The notes below the pieces were generated by a model. The model saw only the letters and a program-made list of their open reading frames with translations, was not told the DNA's origin and searched no databases. The translations under genes were made by a program, and so were the position numbers. A stretch of 42,489 nt of DNA, from IMG/VR virus record IMGVR_UViG_3300005043_000002, one strand, 5' to 3'. The DNA comes from a virus. Shown here in pieces: positions 7,835 through 15,298 of the stretch. Numbering within the stretch: the first letter of the stretch is position 1; every line of letters begins with the position of its first letter.

Positions 7835-9193
7835 TTATTGCGTCGGAGTTCCGACAGTGAATTGACCCGTTAGGGGTTCTAATGCTTCGCGTTTTGTGTC
7901 GACCTCTGTGGCCAATAAATGATCATGATTTACATTTTCCGCCCATTCCGTGCGGTCTATTGCGCCTGATTGATAAGACGACATATTACGATTAAATTTA
8001 GAATTCTTAACCTCTTCCTCTTCGACAGCGTTCAACTGCTTGAGAGGATTCCACGAGATCGAGAGATCATCAGGCACAAACCCGAAAAGATGCTGGCAAC
8101 ATATGGCCAATAGGTCAATGACTTGAAACTTGCTCTTTGCGCGTATTTCACCCTCAACCATTGAATTATAATTCTGCAAATCATCTTCGCCAGATGAAAA
8201 ACCAGTGGAGGGAATGCCGAACAGCTTGGACATGGGCATTTTAAGATCAGATGCAACCTGCATGCGTATCTCACTCATGACCTCACCTAAACCAGTAAAT
8301 GACATTTTCTTTTGGTCGTAATCATCGTCGGCGTCCATAGTTATGGCGTTGATATAATTTTTGACTTGGTTCGCCTGTTGTACACGTTGGACAACTTGGG
8401 CCGTCCCATTAGCGGACAACATAGCAGTATTGAAGCCTTTGATCTTGAATACGTCAACTTTGGCCTCGTCGATCAACTCAAACAAGACATTCTGATTTTT
8501 CATGTACTGATTAATAGAACGCACCAAACGCTCAAGTTCTGACATGCCCCAACCGCGCAAACGCTGGCGAATGAAAGCAGGGGCTTCTTTGCCCTTAATT
8601 TTATACACTCGAGTCTTATTGACAATCGTTCCATAATAATTATAGAAATCGCCTTGCTGGTCGTAAGGGTCTGCAACCGCATTCATCGAAGGATTACCGA
8701 CCGCGCCAGAGCCGACCATCTCCCACATATCCAAACCACGAAACGCGAGTTTTCCGCCTTCTTTGATTGACTCGATTTTGAATTCTGTTTGTGGGTTTTG
8801 CCCTGTGATTATGAGAATACCACCGCCGCCATACAGTCTGGCCCACTTGAGCGCATCACGTAGAGCACCAATAACGTTATTGCGCTCAATGTACATTTCG
8901 AGCTTGTCCAGTTCGGCAGGTTCTAATTGATCGGTAACAATCTCAAAGCCCGTACTGAAAGCATCATCGACAGGTTGGTCCACCAAAGTTTGCACAATAC
9001 CATGCTCGACATACATCTGTGAGAGTAGGTTGCGATCATTAGAAACAAGATTATAGCGCAGATTATAATACAGCGAGTCGGTACGGCCAACAAATGCGCC
9101 TGTACCAAAAGGGTTAGTGAATGCACTTGTAAAACTGTTGAGTGAATTAACAACTGGTTCCGACAAGCTCGATGTAGTTTTTAAATTGTTCAT
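7835..9193 (-). CDS. Portal protein (DUF1073 type)
   Basis: 452-aa ORF. The size, position and patterns such as ALKWARLYGGGGILIITG match DUF1073 portals, which pair with DUF2213/DUF2184 capsid modules. Confidence 0.8.
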   Translation of the reverse strand: MNNLKTTSSLSEPVVNSLNSFTSAFTNPFGTGAFVGRTDSLYYNLRYNLVSNDRNLLSQMYVEHGIVQTLVDQPVDDAFSTGFEIVTDQLEPAELDKLEMYIERNNVIGALRDALKWARLYGGGGILIITGQNPQTEFKIESIKEGGKLAFRGLDMWEMVGSGAVGNPSMNAVADPYDQQGDFYNYYGTIVNKTRVYKIKGKEAPAFIRQRLRGWGMSELERLVRSINQYMKNQNVLFELIDEAKVDVFKIKGFNTAMLSANGTAQVVQRVQQANQVKNYINAITMDADDDYDQKKMSFTGLGEVMSEIRMQVASDLKMPMSKLFGIPSTGFSSGEDDLQNYNSMVEGEIRAKSKFQVIDLLAICCQHLFGFVPDDLSISWNPLKQLNAVEEEEVKNSKFNRNMSSYQSGAIDRTEWAENVNHDHLLATEVDTKREALEPLTGQFTVGTPTQ

Positions 9194-9236
9194 TGATCAC
9201 CTAAAACACATAACAATGACAACACTACCACATGAA

Positions 9237-9449
9237 TTACTTAGTATCAAGAATAGAGGGCTGTTTGATTTCTCGAAGAATATCCCGAAGCTCTGCATAT
9301 GCCAAAAGCAACGTACACCATATGAAGGAAAGAAATAGTCTACCTAAATTCATTTCATCCAAAGCGTATGATTGGTAAAAGACTATGAACAGGGCAAACC
9401 CTGCAAATCTTATAAGTTTGGTTTTGGTTATTATTGGGTTGAGGGTCAT
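9237..9449 (-). CDS. Small membrane protein (70 aa, two hydrophobic helices)
   Basis: Hydrophobic segments FAGFALFIVFYQSYAL and LFLSFIWCTLLLAYA. ATGA overlap with the upstream gene. Confidence 0.6.
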   Translation of the reverse strand: MTLNPIITKTKLIRFAGFALFIVFYQSYALDEMNLGRLFLSFIWCTLLLAYAELRDILREIKQPSILDTK

Positions 9450-9805
9450 GATTGGTTTTCTCCTGTTGTTATTTTGTAGATTTCATATGCAGCCTCATGA
9501 AGATAATCATCATGGTAATCACAAGATTCATTAAGGTAATCTTTTATAGCTGTAACATGTTCTAGTTTAGGTTCTTTAGGCACAAGCACGTGTGTGTCTA
9601 GTAGTGCTAGAGCTTCTCTCAATGCAATAATATCAGGGCAAAGGCTTCTGTCATAGAAATGTGTTTCAATCCCCAGAGTTAAAGCTGCCTTTAATTTATC
9701 ATTAGGTGTCATCGGTTTACTCTCATGATTGCGCGCTAATTTAGACTCCTCATTCTTGGATTTATTATAACGGGCTATGCCGCCATCTCTATCGTAGTGA
9801 CTCAT
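9446..9805 (-). CDS. Hypothetical 119-aa protein
   Basis: ORF coupled by ATGA overlaps at both ends. Confidence 0.6.
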   Translation of the reverse strand: MSHYDRDGGIARYNKSKNEESKLARNHESKPMTPNDKLKAALTLGIETHFYDRSLCPDIIALREALALLDTHVLVPKEPKLEHVTAIKDYLNESCDYHDDYLHEAAYEIYKITTGENQS

Positions 9806-9942
9806 GTATCCACCTCAAGCACATATCCCGCCATATCACAGAACAGTTGATCCTCGGTGGGCGACAGGAGTTCATTACGTTCGAGTTTGGTTTTCGCGGT
9901 CAAGTATGCGAATAGTTTCCGTTTGTCTATGATGTTGGTCAT
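9802..9942 (-). CDS. Hypothetical 46-aa protein (below the ORF-track cutoff)
   Basis: Hand translation: MTNIIDKRKLFAYLTAKTKLERNELLSPTEDQLFCDMAGYVLEVDT. The ATG at 9942 shares one nt with the upstream TAA, and the TGA overlaps the next ATG. Confidence 0.5.
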   Translation of the reverse strand: MTNIIDKRKLFAYLTAKTKLERNELLSPTEDQLFCDMAGYVLEVDT

Positions 9943-10106
9943 TATAGTTTTCCTCTGTATGTTAACCTGTCCCAAGATTTGGGGTTCATATATCTATGTC
10001 TACCTGTAATTCCCCACCATAATCTTTCCCAACGGTTCATGCGCATTATTGCCCAACCTATGCGCCAATATCTTTCGTCGCGTATTTTTTCTTCGATGCT
10101 GGTCAT
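9942..10106 (-). CDS. Hypothetical 54-aa W/R-rich protein (below the ORF-track cutoff)
   Basis: Hand translation: MTSIEEKIRDERYWRIGWAIMRMNRWERLWWGITGRHRYMNPKSWDRLTYRGKL. The ATG at 10106 overlaps the upstream TGA. Confidence 0.5.
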   Translation of the reverse strand: MTSIEEKIRDERYWRIGWAIMRMNRWERLWWGITGRHRYMNPKSWDRLTYRGKL

Positions 10107-10291
10107 TTTTTCACCTTCACAATATGATAGCCGTTGGTGGTTAGGTGGCTCAAAAAATGGGCGATAACCACGGCCTCTCTTTTATTAATTTGGCGATAGC
10201 CCAATGCGAATTGTGCCTTGTCGAAATCACCAATAATATTGGGACATTCTTTATCAATGTCTACAATTTCCATTTCTATTATGTTGGTCAT
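10103..10291 (-). CDS. Hypothetical 62-aa protein, C-terminal paralog of 10288..10596
   Basis: Start moved to MTNII (ATGA overlap with the upstream stop). The C-terminus LSHLTTNGYHIVKVKK matches LDYLTANGYQLIKVKK of the neighbour. Confidence 0.6.
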   Translation of the reverse strand: MTNIIEMEIVDIDKECPNIIGDFDKAQFALGYRQINKREAVVIAHFLSHLTTNGYHIVKVKK

Positions 10292-10596
10292 TTTTTCACC
10301 TTTATGAGTTGGTAGCCGTTGGCGGTTAGGTAGTCTAAGGTGGCATTGCACCCACCATCAAAACCAAATTTCATTCCAATATTCCTGCCGACCATCGTGG
10401 TTCTGAGTTCTTCAATATCCACAAGTTCCATGGCCACCATAGGCGATTTAACATCAGGCATAGGGGTATCTGAGCTTACAGGTGGCAACGAGGATTTAAA
10501 CAGTTTAGTATCTATGCATTTTTCACATTTTCCGCAAGCTGTTCCAAGTGCCCAACAGCCACGACATATAACGCCATTGTATTTATTCTGTGTCAT
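10288..10596 (-). CDS. Hypothetical 102-aa protein with N-terminal Cys cluster (CxxC...CxxCxxC)
   Basis: Start moved to MTQNKYNGVICRGCWALGTACGKCEKC. Overlaps the 3' end of the Lar-like gene by 14 nt. Confidence 0.6.
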   Translation of the reverse strand: MTQNKYNGVICRGCWALGTACGKCEKCIDTKLFKSSLPPVSSDTPMPDVKSPMVAMELVDIEELRTTMVGRNIGMKFGFDGGCNATLDYLTANGYQLIKVKK

Positions 10597-10969
10597 TTTT
10601 AAGCCCTTCAAGTTTGAACATACCGCCAATAAATTTTTTCGCGTCTTCAATTTCAGAATCAGCAAGTCTCACGAAACCAAAGAATGAATACGAATCGTGG
10701 CAACCAAGTTCACCCGTTTCAAATGATCGCTTCAATATTTTATATAGATTTTCATCTTCTTTTGATGGTTTACACTCTGGCCGTGTGTTCCAGTCGCCCT
10801 CTGTTGTAGCACCGCAGTTATTACATGCTGGCTTGTGTTGTATATAATCTGCGATATCATCGTCCGCCCAGCTCATCTCTCGCGCTCTAAACTCTGGCTT
10901 AAAACTGGCTACGCCTTCGGGGTCGATATCCGTTGATCCGCAAAACGGACAGGGTTTTAAATTAGTCAT
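10583..10969 (-). CDS. lar: Lar-family restriction-alleviation-like zinc-ribbon protein with C-terminal extension
   Basis: MTNLKPCPFCGS...ACNNCGATTEGDWNTRP matches the Lar-family pattern (CPFCG...C..CG......WNTR). Start moved to the Met preceding this motif. Confidence 0.65.
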   Translation of the reverse strand: MTNLKPCPFCGSTDIDPEGVASFKPEFRAREMSWADDDIADYIQHKPACNNCGATTEGDWNTRPECKPSKEDENLYKILKRSFETGELGCHDSYSFFGFVRLADSEIEDAKKFIGGMFKLEGLKNDTE

Positions 10970-11062
10970 GCTAAATGCCTTATCGTTAAAATTGGTATGA
11001 ACAAGAACCACCAGCGCACCTGTAGAACGGGGCGACCATCTTGCTGTATTTGTTTGGACGTT

Positions 11063-11266
11063 CTAGTTATTATCATTTTTCATATCCTCCGCTTTCTTGA
11101 TTGCTGAGTCTCGCAATAAGTTTAAATTGCCCCACTCGTCAATATGCGCATCACTTTTTTCAGATAAATACTTTGAGTATTCCAAAGCCACAAGCAACTC
11201 ACCCGCTAAGTTCTCAAACCGCAACGCACGAGCGGCGCAGTCTTCAATGTCTTTTTCGGTTGTCAT
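11063..11266 (-). CDS. Hypothetical 67-aa protein
   Basis: Start moved to MTTEKDIEDC, whose ATG overlaps the TGA of the upstream micro-ORF. Confidence 0.55.
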   Translation of the reverse strand: MTTEKDIEDCAARALRFENLAGELLVALEYSKYLSEKSDAHIDEWGNLNLLRDSAIKKAEDMKNDNN

Positions 11267-11367
11267 GATGTGCCCCCTAATATGTAAACATACATGTAAA
11301 TTGTAATGATCACGAAGACCACACATGCTAGAGATGCGAAGACTAAGTTGAATATAAAATTTCTCAT
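11263..11367 (-). CDS. 34-aa single-pass membrane micro-protein (untracked)
   Basis: Hand translation: MRNFIFNLVFASLACVVFVIITIYMYVYILGGTS. GGGAG lies 8 nt upstream. ATGA overlaps at both ends. Confidence 0.5.
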   Translation of the reverse strand: MRNFIFNLVFASLACVVFVIITIYMYVYILGGTS

Positions 11368-11528
11368 TTGGTTTGCTCCCATGTAAAAAATTGTCTTTCG
11401 GCGCAATAACTACCTTTCGCGCCTATTGTCTGATCCATAGTATCGAAGTGGACAGTTTTAACGCACCTGCCCATGACGAACACTGTAGATAATCCCATGA
11501 TTAAACCGAGGGCCATTGCTATTTTCAT
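11364..11528 (-). CDS. 54-aa protein with N-terminal hydrophobic anchor (untracked)
   Basis: Hand translation: MKIAMALGLIMGLSTVFVMGRCVKTVHFDTMDQTIGAKGSYCAERQFFTWEQTK. The ATG overlaps the upstream TGA. Confidence 0.5.
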   Translation of the reverse strand: MKIAMALGLIMGLSTVFVMGRCVKTVHFDTMDQTIGAKGSYCAERQFFTWEQTK

Positions 11529-11851
11529 ATTCCACCCTCCGCATAAGCCTGTTCCATTTCGTAGGATTCACCGTAAACCTTATCGCTTGGCTCGAAACCT
11601 TCGTCATCATAAAACGTTTCACCGTTTTCGTTATGTTGAAGAGACAGGAAACCAGCGCAAATCTTTGAACCTTCATCGACGCGGTTGTCTTCGTCCTCTG
11701 TTTCGCTGTCCAGTGTCTTATGACAATAGAATGTGTTGTACGGGTTCTGAGCTGCATAAGCTAATTCTTCGCCACGCTCTGGACGTAGGAACGGTTTAAC
11801 GTCTGACCGATACGGGCATTGAGCGCAGGGTTTTTTTATGAAATCGCTCAT
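11525..11851 (-). CDS. Cys-rich hypothetical protein (DUF6283-like)
   Basis: N-terminal PCAQCPYRSD...YCHKT...CAGF pattern. 108 aa. Confidence 0.55.
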   Translation of the reverse strand: MSDFIKKPCAQCPYRSDVKPFLRPERGEELAYAAQNPYNTFYCHKTLDSETEDEDNRVDEGSKICAGFLSLQHNENGETFYDDEGFEPSDKVYGESYEMEQAYAEGGI

Positions 11852-12129
11852 GATGCGCCCGTCGCTTTCTTGATTGCGTCACGAATAGGCGTTAAATGAG
11901 CGTCGCCAATATCAGGATTGGCCGCGATTATCTTTAGAGCATATTCCAACGCCTCCAACATATCAGGGGCGGCCGATATCAGGCGCAAAATTCCGTTGTG
12001 TTTATCCATAGATACTTCATCCTGTGATATCACAGTGACCGATAGTTCGAATTCATCGGTATTTAAACTGGTGATTCTCTGGTCTGAGTTCGTTTGCTCA
12101 ATACTGAAAGATATTGGTTTGTTAGTCAT
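11848..12129 (-). CDS. Hypothetical 93-aa protein with the common phage motif AAPDMLEALE
   Basis: LISAAPDMLEALEYAL resembles the widespread A-A-P-E-L-L-E-A-L phage family of unknown function. Confidence 0.6.
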   Translation of the reverse strand: MTNKPISFSIEQTNSDQRITSLNTDEFELSVTVISQDEVSMDKHNGILRLISAAPDMLEALEYALKIIAANPDIGDAHLTPIRDAIKKATGAS

Positions 12130-12275
12130 GATTCTACGCCCTGTTCTTTAAGTTGTCTAACAACTCTTTCGACACTAATGGCTAGATCGTCCATTTGTTC
12201 ATAATGGTGTTTGACAAACAATAAAAATTCGTAAGCCTCAATTTCGGTTAATGTTAATACTATTTTTTTGGGCAT
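12126..12275 (-). CDS. Hypothetical 49-aa protein, first gene of the terL-portal island
   Basis: Start moved to MPKKIVLTL with AGGA 7 nt upstream. The longer tracked form would begin inside the promoter/box. Confidence 0.5.
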   Translation of the reverse strand: MPKKIVLTLTEIEAYEFLLFVKHHYEQMDDLAISVERVVRQLKEQGVES

Positions 12276-12302
12276 TGATTTATCCTTTAAGTTTCTATCA
12301 AC

Positions 12303-12333
12303 ATGAAAACACACCGCTAACAGTCTGTCAACA
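12303..12333 (-). promoter_or_regulatory. Early-type sigma70-like promoter with the bipartite box, inside the late arm just after terL
   Basis: The minus strand reads TGTTGACA-gac-TGTTAGCG (12333-12315), then a -10-like TTTCAT (12308-12303) 17 nt after TTGACA. Confidence 0.5.
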
Positions 12334-12339
12334 ACTTAA

Positions 12340-13629
12340 TTATAAAACATCGAAAATAGATACGTCTGCGGTGATGTAATCGGCCAGCGCATAACGAGTT
12401 GCGTCAATATAATGATTCCAGTTATCAATAATCACAGGCAGAATTTCTTGTGTGTTTTTATCGACCTTATACGAGTACTTGGTTAATTCTTCAATCGTCT
12501 TAACACATCTCGGATGCACAAATATGTTATTAAACGACCTTAAATATTCAACTCCGTCTTCAACGCTGCCTTTCCACTTTGGCGCGCCCTCTACATTAAA
12601 TCCTTGCTTGCTCACATGGGATATCGTTTCGGGCCTTGAACAGTCACCGTATATTTTCCAACGCTTGGACTCTGGCACTGATCGGAACATCGTACCTATA
12701 TCATCCAACTCAACACCAACGCCGCCCGCCTCATAATCTATATATAAATTCTTCTGTCCATTTTCGAGCATGATGTACATGCGTACCAGAGTCGTAGGAT
12801 CGTTCGCGAATCCCCAATCTGCACCGAAGAAAAAACGGGTTTGGTATAATTCAGTGAGGGCAGGCGTCTCGAAATCCAGTTCCTTCCATTTTCCATGGAA
12901 AACAATTTGCTCTGCACGACCGACGGCCTCACCCATGTATTCATGATCGTATTTCATGCGGTCGGATTTCTTCAACGCCTCCGCATCTGCTATAAATTTC
13001 TGTCCTAACCATTCGGGCGGAACGTCTAAATATGTGGAGTGGTGGACGATCCTGTCGCCGTATGCTTTGTTCTCGCATTCTTTGTTGACCCATGCGGCCG
13101 GATCATTCGGCGGGTTGTATGTGATAAACTCCACAAACTTATCACCACCACGCAAAACGGATTGTTGGACGTTTCTTATTTCGTCCATACCATAGAATTC
13201 GGCGGCCTCTTCAAACCACAGGAATTTGAAATAACCTTGCTTAACATTTATCGACTTGAGCTTGAGTGGATTATCTAGCCCCTTCATTATGATTTTTTGG
13301 CCAGTGGGTAGGTATGTGATTTCAGGCGGTGATTTCGTATGAGAGAAAAACGCATCTACCTTAAGCATACTAATCGCCCATAAAAGCGTTTCAAGAACCG
13401 ATGTCCTGATCGTCTCCCCAACCTTACGAACCACAAGCGCGTTTGCGTCGGGATCTTCTATCATCCCTAATATTATCTGTATGGCGGCGAAAGACGATTT
13501 AGTCGATCCACGTCCGCCCTTGAGCCAGATTGAAACCGTGGCCTTTAATCTTATTCTGCGATGGATAGGATAGAAGACGGGGGCGATAACTGTTTTAAGA
13601 GATACCTCAGTCATCGTCTGGAATATCAT
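12340..13629 (-). CDS. terL: Terminase large subunit
   Basis: 429-aa ORF with Walker A-like KGGRGSTKS, a nuclease-half pattern, and a position after terS. An alternative coupled start lies at 13614 (ATGA with the terS stop). Confidence 0.85.
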   Translation of the reverse strand: MIFQTMTEVSLKTVIAPVFYPIHRRIRLKATVSIWLKGGRGSTKSSFAAIQIILGMIEDPDANALVVRKVGETIRTSVLETLLWAISMLKVDAFFSHTKSPPEITYLPTGQKIIMKGLDNPLKLKSINVKQGYFKFLWFEEAAEFYGMDEIRNVQQSVLRGGDKFVEFITYNPPNDPAAWVNKECENKAYGDRIVHHSTYLDVPPEWLGQKFIADAEALKKSDRMKYDHEYMGEAVGRAEQIVFHGKWKELDFETPALTELYQTRFFFGADWGFANDPTTLVRMYIMLENGQKNLYIDYEAGGVGVELDDIGTMFRSVPESKRWKIYGDCSRPETISHVSKQGFNVEGAPKWKGSVEDGVEYLRSFNNIFVHPRCVKTIEELTKYSYKVDKNTQEILPVIIDNWNHYIDATRYALADYITADVSIFDVL

Positions 13630-14155
13630 CCTTGAGAACTGTTGGGGTTATATCCTTAAACTCTAATTTATCGACGAACATACCACGATCTTTACCAAGC
13701 ATATCAAGCGCGGCCTTTTTATCCGATACCTTGATTTTCATTACTTCGGCGAAACCTACGTTTTCATTTCCCACCATACATATATCAACGCCAGATATTG
13801 CGCCGGCGGTATCATCATCAAGTTTGGAAATATGGATAGGCTTGCCATCATCATCGAATAATTTACGCGCATCATAGAAGGCAATCTTTGCAAGTTCCGC
13901 AGTGATACGCTCGGCGGTAATGTTAAGTTTGTTCTGTACTTTAAGCCTCTCATTGCGCAAATAAGCCGCTATATGTGGTTTGTTGCGGTTTTCATAACCA
14001 ATAGACGAGGCCGCGTTTTCAGAGTATCCCGCGTCGATTGCAGCCTGTGTAGCGTTATCATCTACAAGCACATTGTCTGCCCATAATCTAGATTTGGCCG
14101 TCCACCCTTCGGATGCTGGTCTATCTTTATCATCGCTTGGTTTGGGTTCCGTCAT
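13607..14155 (-). CDS. terS: Terminase small subunit (Terminase_2 / P27 type)
   Basis: ATQAAIDAGYSENAASSIGYENRNKPHIAAYL matches the helix-turn-helix core of Terminase_2 small subunits. It is the first gene of the late arm. Confidence 0.8.
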   Translation of the reverse strand: MTEPKPSDDKDRPASEGWTAKSRLWADNVLVDDNATQAAIDAGYSENAASSIGYENRNKPHIAAYLRNERLKVQNKLNITAERITAELAKIAFYDARKLFDDDGKPIHISKLDDDTAGAISGVDICMVGNENVGFAEVMKIKVSDKKAALDMLGKDRGMFVDKLEFKDITPTVLKDDIPDDD

Positions 14156-14171
14156 TTGAATAACCTCCGTG

Positions 14172-14190
14172 TTGTTATCACAATGTTAGC
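14172..14190 (-). promoter_or_regulatory. Bipartite box in the late-operon leader (no TTGACA -35)
   Basis: The plus strand reads TGTTATCA-caa-TGTTAGCA and the minus strand reads TGCTAACA-ttg-TGATAACA. It lies 17-35 nt upstream of the terS ATG. Confidence 0.5.
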
Positions 14191-14270
14191 ACACTTCTAT
14201 ATGCGTTGGGAATATCAAAAACACCTAAAATACCCCCTATTATGTAAATGGGTTTGGGTAATAAAATTAC

Positions 14271-14320
14271 GGGCCATTTGGTGTCCAGTGTTCCTGTTGT
14301 TATATCAATGACTTAGCCTA
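14271..14320. repeat. Direct repeat copy 1 (core GGCCATTTGGTGTCCAGTGTT)
   Basis: About 50 bp, roughly 80 percent identical by eye to 14337..14386 (66-bp period). The core TTTGGTGTCCA recurs at 14571..14581. Confidence 0.8.
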
Positions 14321-14336
14321 AATATATTATGTTAAA

Positions 14337-14386
14337 TGGCCAGATGGTGTCCAGTGTTTATTTAATTAGATCAACGACTTAACCCT
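14337..14386. repeat. Direct repeat copy 2 (core GGCCAGATGGTGTCCAGTGTT)
   Basis: See 14271..14320. Confidence 0.8.
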
Positions 14387-14436
14387 ATTTCCCCCTCTTC
14401 TCTCTATATTTTCTCTACTTAAAAGAGTATATAGAG

Positions 14437-14469
14437 TTAAGGGGGGTCGATGCTATAATTGACCCCCTT
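14437..14469. other. G/C-run hairpin (TAAGGGGGGTC - 12-nt loop - GACCCCCTTA)
   Basis: Inverted repeat read directly. It is preceded by a second dyad, CTCTATAT...ATATAGAG (about 14399-14437). Confidence 0.7.
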
Positions 14470-14720
14470 AGTAAAATATAGAAATTAGTACAGCGTTTTT
14501 TTCAAACCCGAAAACAGGGGGTAAAAACCGCAGAGTTGAGCCGAATGAGTGGGTTTGGGTTTTTGGGGTAATTTGGTGTCCATTTACATAAGTAGGGTCA
14601 AATGTGTGATATGTAAAACAAAAACAGGTAAAAACAGGGTGTGAAAAGTGCTGTTTTAGGGTAAAAAGGGTCAAAAAGGGGTGAGCAAAACGCTGTTTCA
14701 GGTATGCTACGCAAGATTGT

Positions 14721-14751
14721 TGCTTGACACAGTGCTTACAGTGTGCAAGAG
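14721..14751 (+). promoter_or_regulatory. Early promoter P1 with bipartite box
   Basis: gcTTGACA-cag-TGCTTACA. The -10 region is weak (AAGAGT at 17 nt). A-tracts phased at about 10-11 bp lie upstream (14618-14690). It is 36 nt upstream of the first early ATG. Confidence 0.5.
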
Positions 14752-14786
14752 TACAGATATTGAAACGCTAACAGAGAGCAAACAGA

Positions 14787-15164
14787 ATGACCAAAAAGTT
14801 AATTTTAGAAAATACAAGTTTCCTTAAAGAGTGCGGGCAAGGTTTCGAATTTCCCGTCGATGAAAATAATATTCTCACGATTAATAAGTGTGCGACGATT
14901 GGTATAGGTGATTATAACAGGGGTCATTTTGATTTATGGTCATTTGATATGACAAATGAAGGCGACCGTATTAACATCGGTATCGCACAGATTAAAATCG
15001 ACATGTCTACGCTAAAAACAAACATCGATATTCATGGCGAATTAATCAAAAATCTTGAGCGTGAATTAAAAGACGAAATGGCCGACCATGAGGTTAAGAT
15101 CAACCACCTAAAATCTCAGATTAGTAAATTGATGGCGATTGAATATCAGGGGGATGAGGGATAA
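14787..15164 (+). CDS. Hypothetical early protein (125 aa, C-terminal coiled coil)
   Basis: First ORF after P1. Confidence 0.65.
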   Translation: MTKKLILENTSFLKECGQGFEFPVDENNILTINKCATIGIGDYNRGHFDLWSFDMTNEGDRINIGIAQIKIDMSTLKTNIDIHGELIKNLERELKDEMADHEVKINHLKSQISKLMAIEYQGDEG

Positions 15165-15298
15165 TGAGCACAGAATTATTAACCACGATTATGTGTGTAT
15201 TATTTGTTTTGTTGGTCGGATATTTCGGTATTAAAATGAAAGCACAAGAATACCAAGCGGCTCAAATTATCATTAACGGATGTAAGGAATTAAAATAA
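15164..15298 (+). CDS. 44-aa single-pass membrane micro-protein (untracked)
   Basis: Hand translation: MSTELLTTIMCVLFVLLVGYFGIKMKAQEYQAAQIIINGCKELK. TAATG overlaps at both ends. Confidence 0.5.
   Translation: MSTELLTTIMCVLFVLLVGYFGIKMKAQEYQAAQIIINGCKELK

Noticed and set aside
14453-14458. A perfect TATAAT in the loop of the G/C hairpin.
   Set aside because: No acceptable -35 lies 16-18 nt upstream (ATAGAG), and no gene follows on the plus strand for more than 300 nt. It is probably coincidental in AT-rich loop sequence.
14468-14674. 68-aa minus-strand ORF inside the divergent control region.
   Set aside because: It has no Shine-Dalgarno. It spans the A-tract/iteron-like repeats, and its translation is low-complexity (F/T/H-rich). 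The region is better explained as regulatory DNA.
14732-14739. Resemblance of the GCTAACA half-box to the Caulobacter sigma73 -10 consensus GCTANAWC.
   Set aside because: The element lies only 3-4 nt after TTGACA, whereas that promoter class needs a spacer of about 10-14 nt. It matches only partly (positions 6 and 8 differ). Separate -10-like hexamers are found at 16-17 nt.
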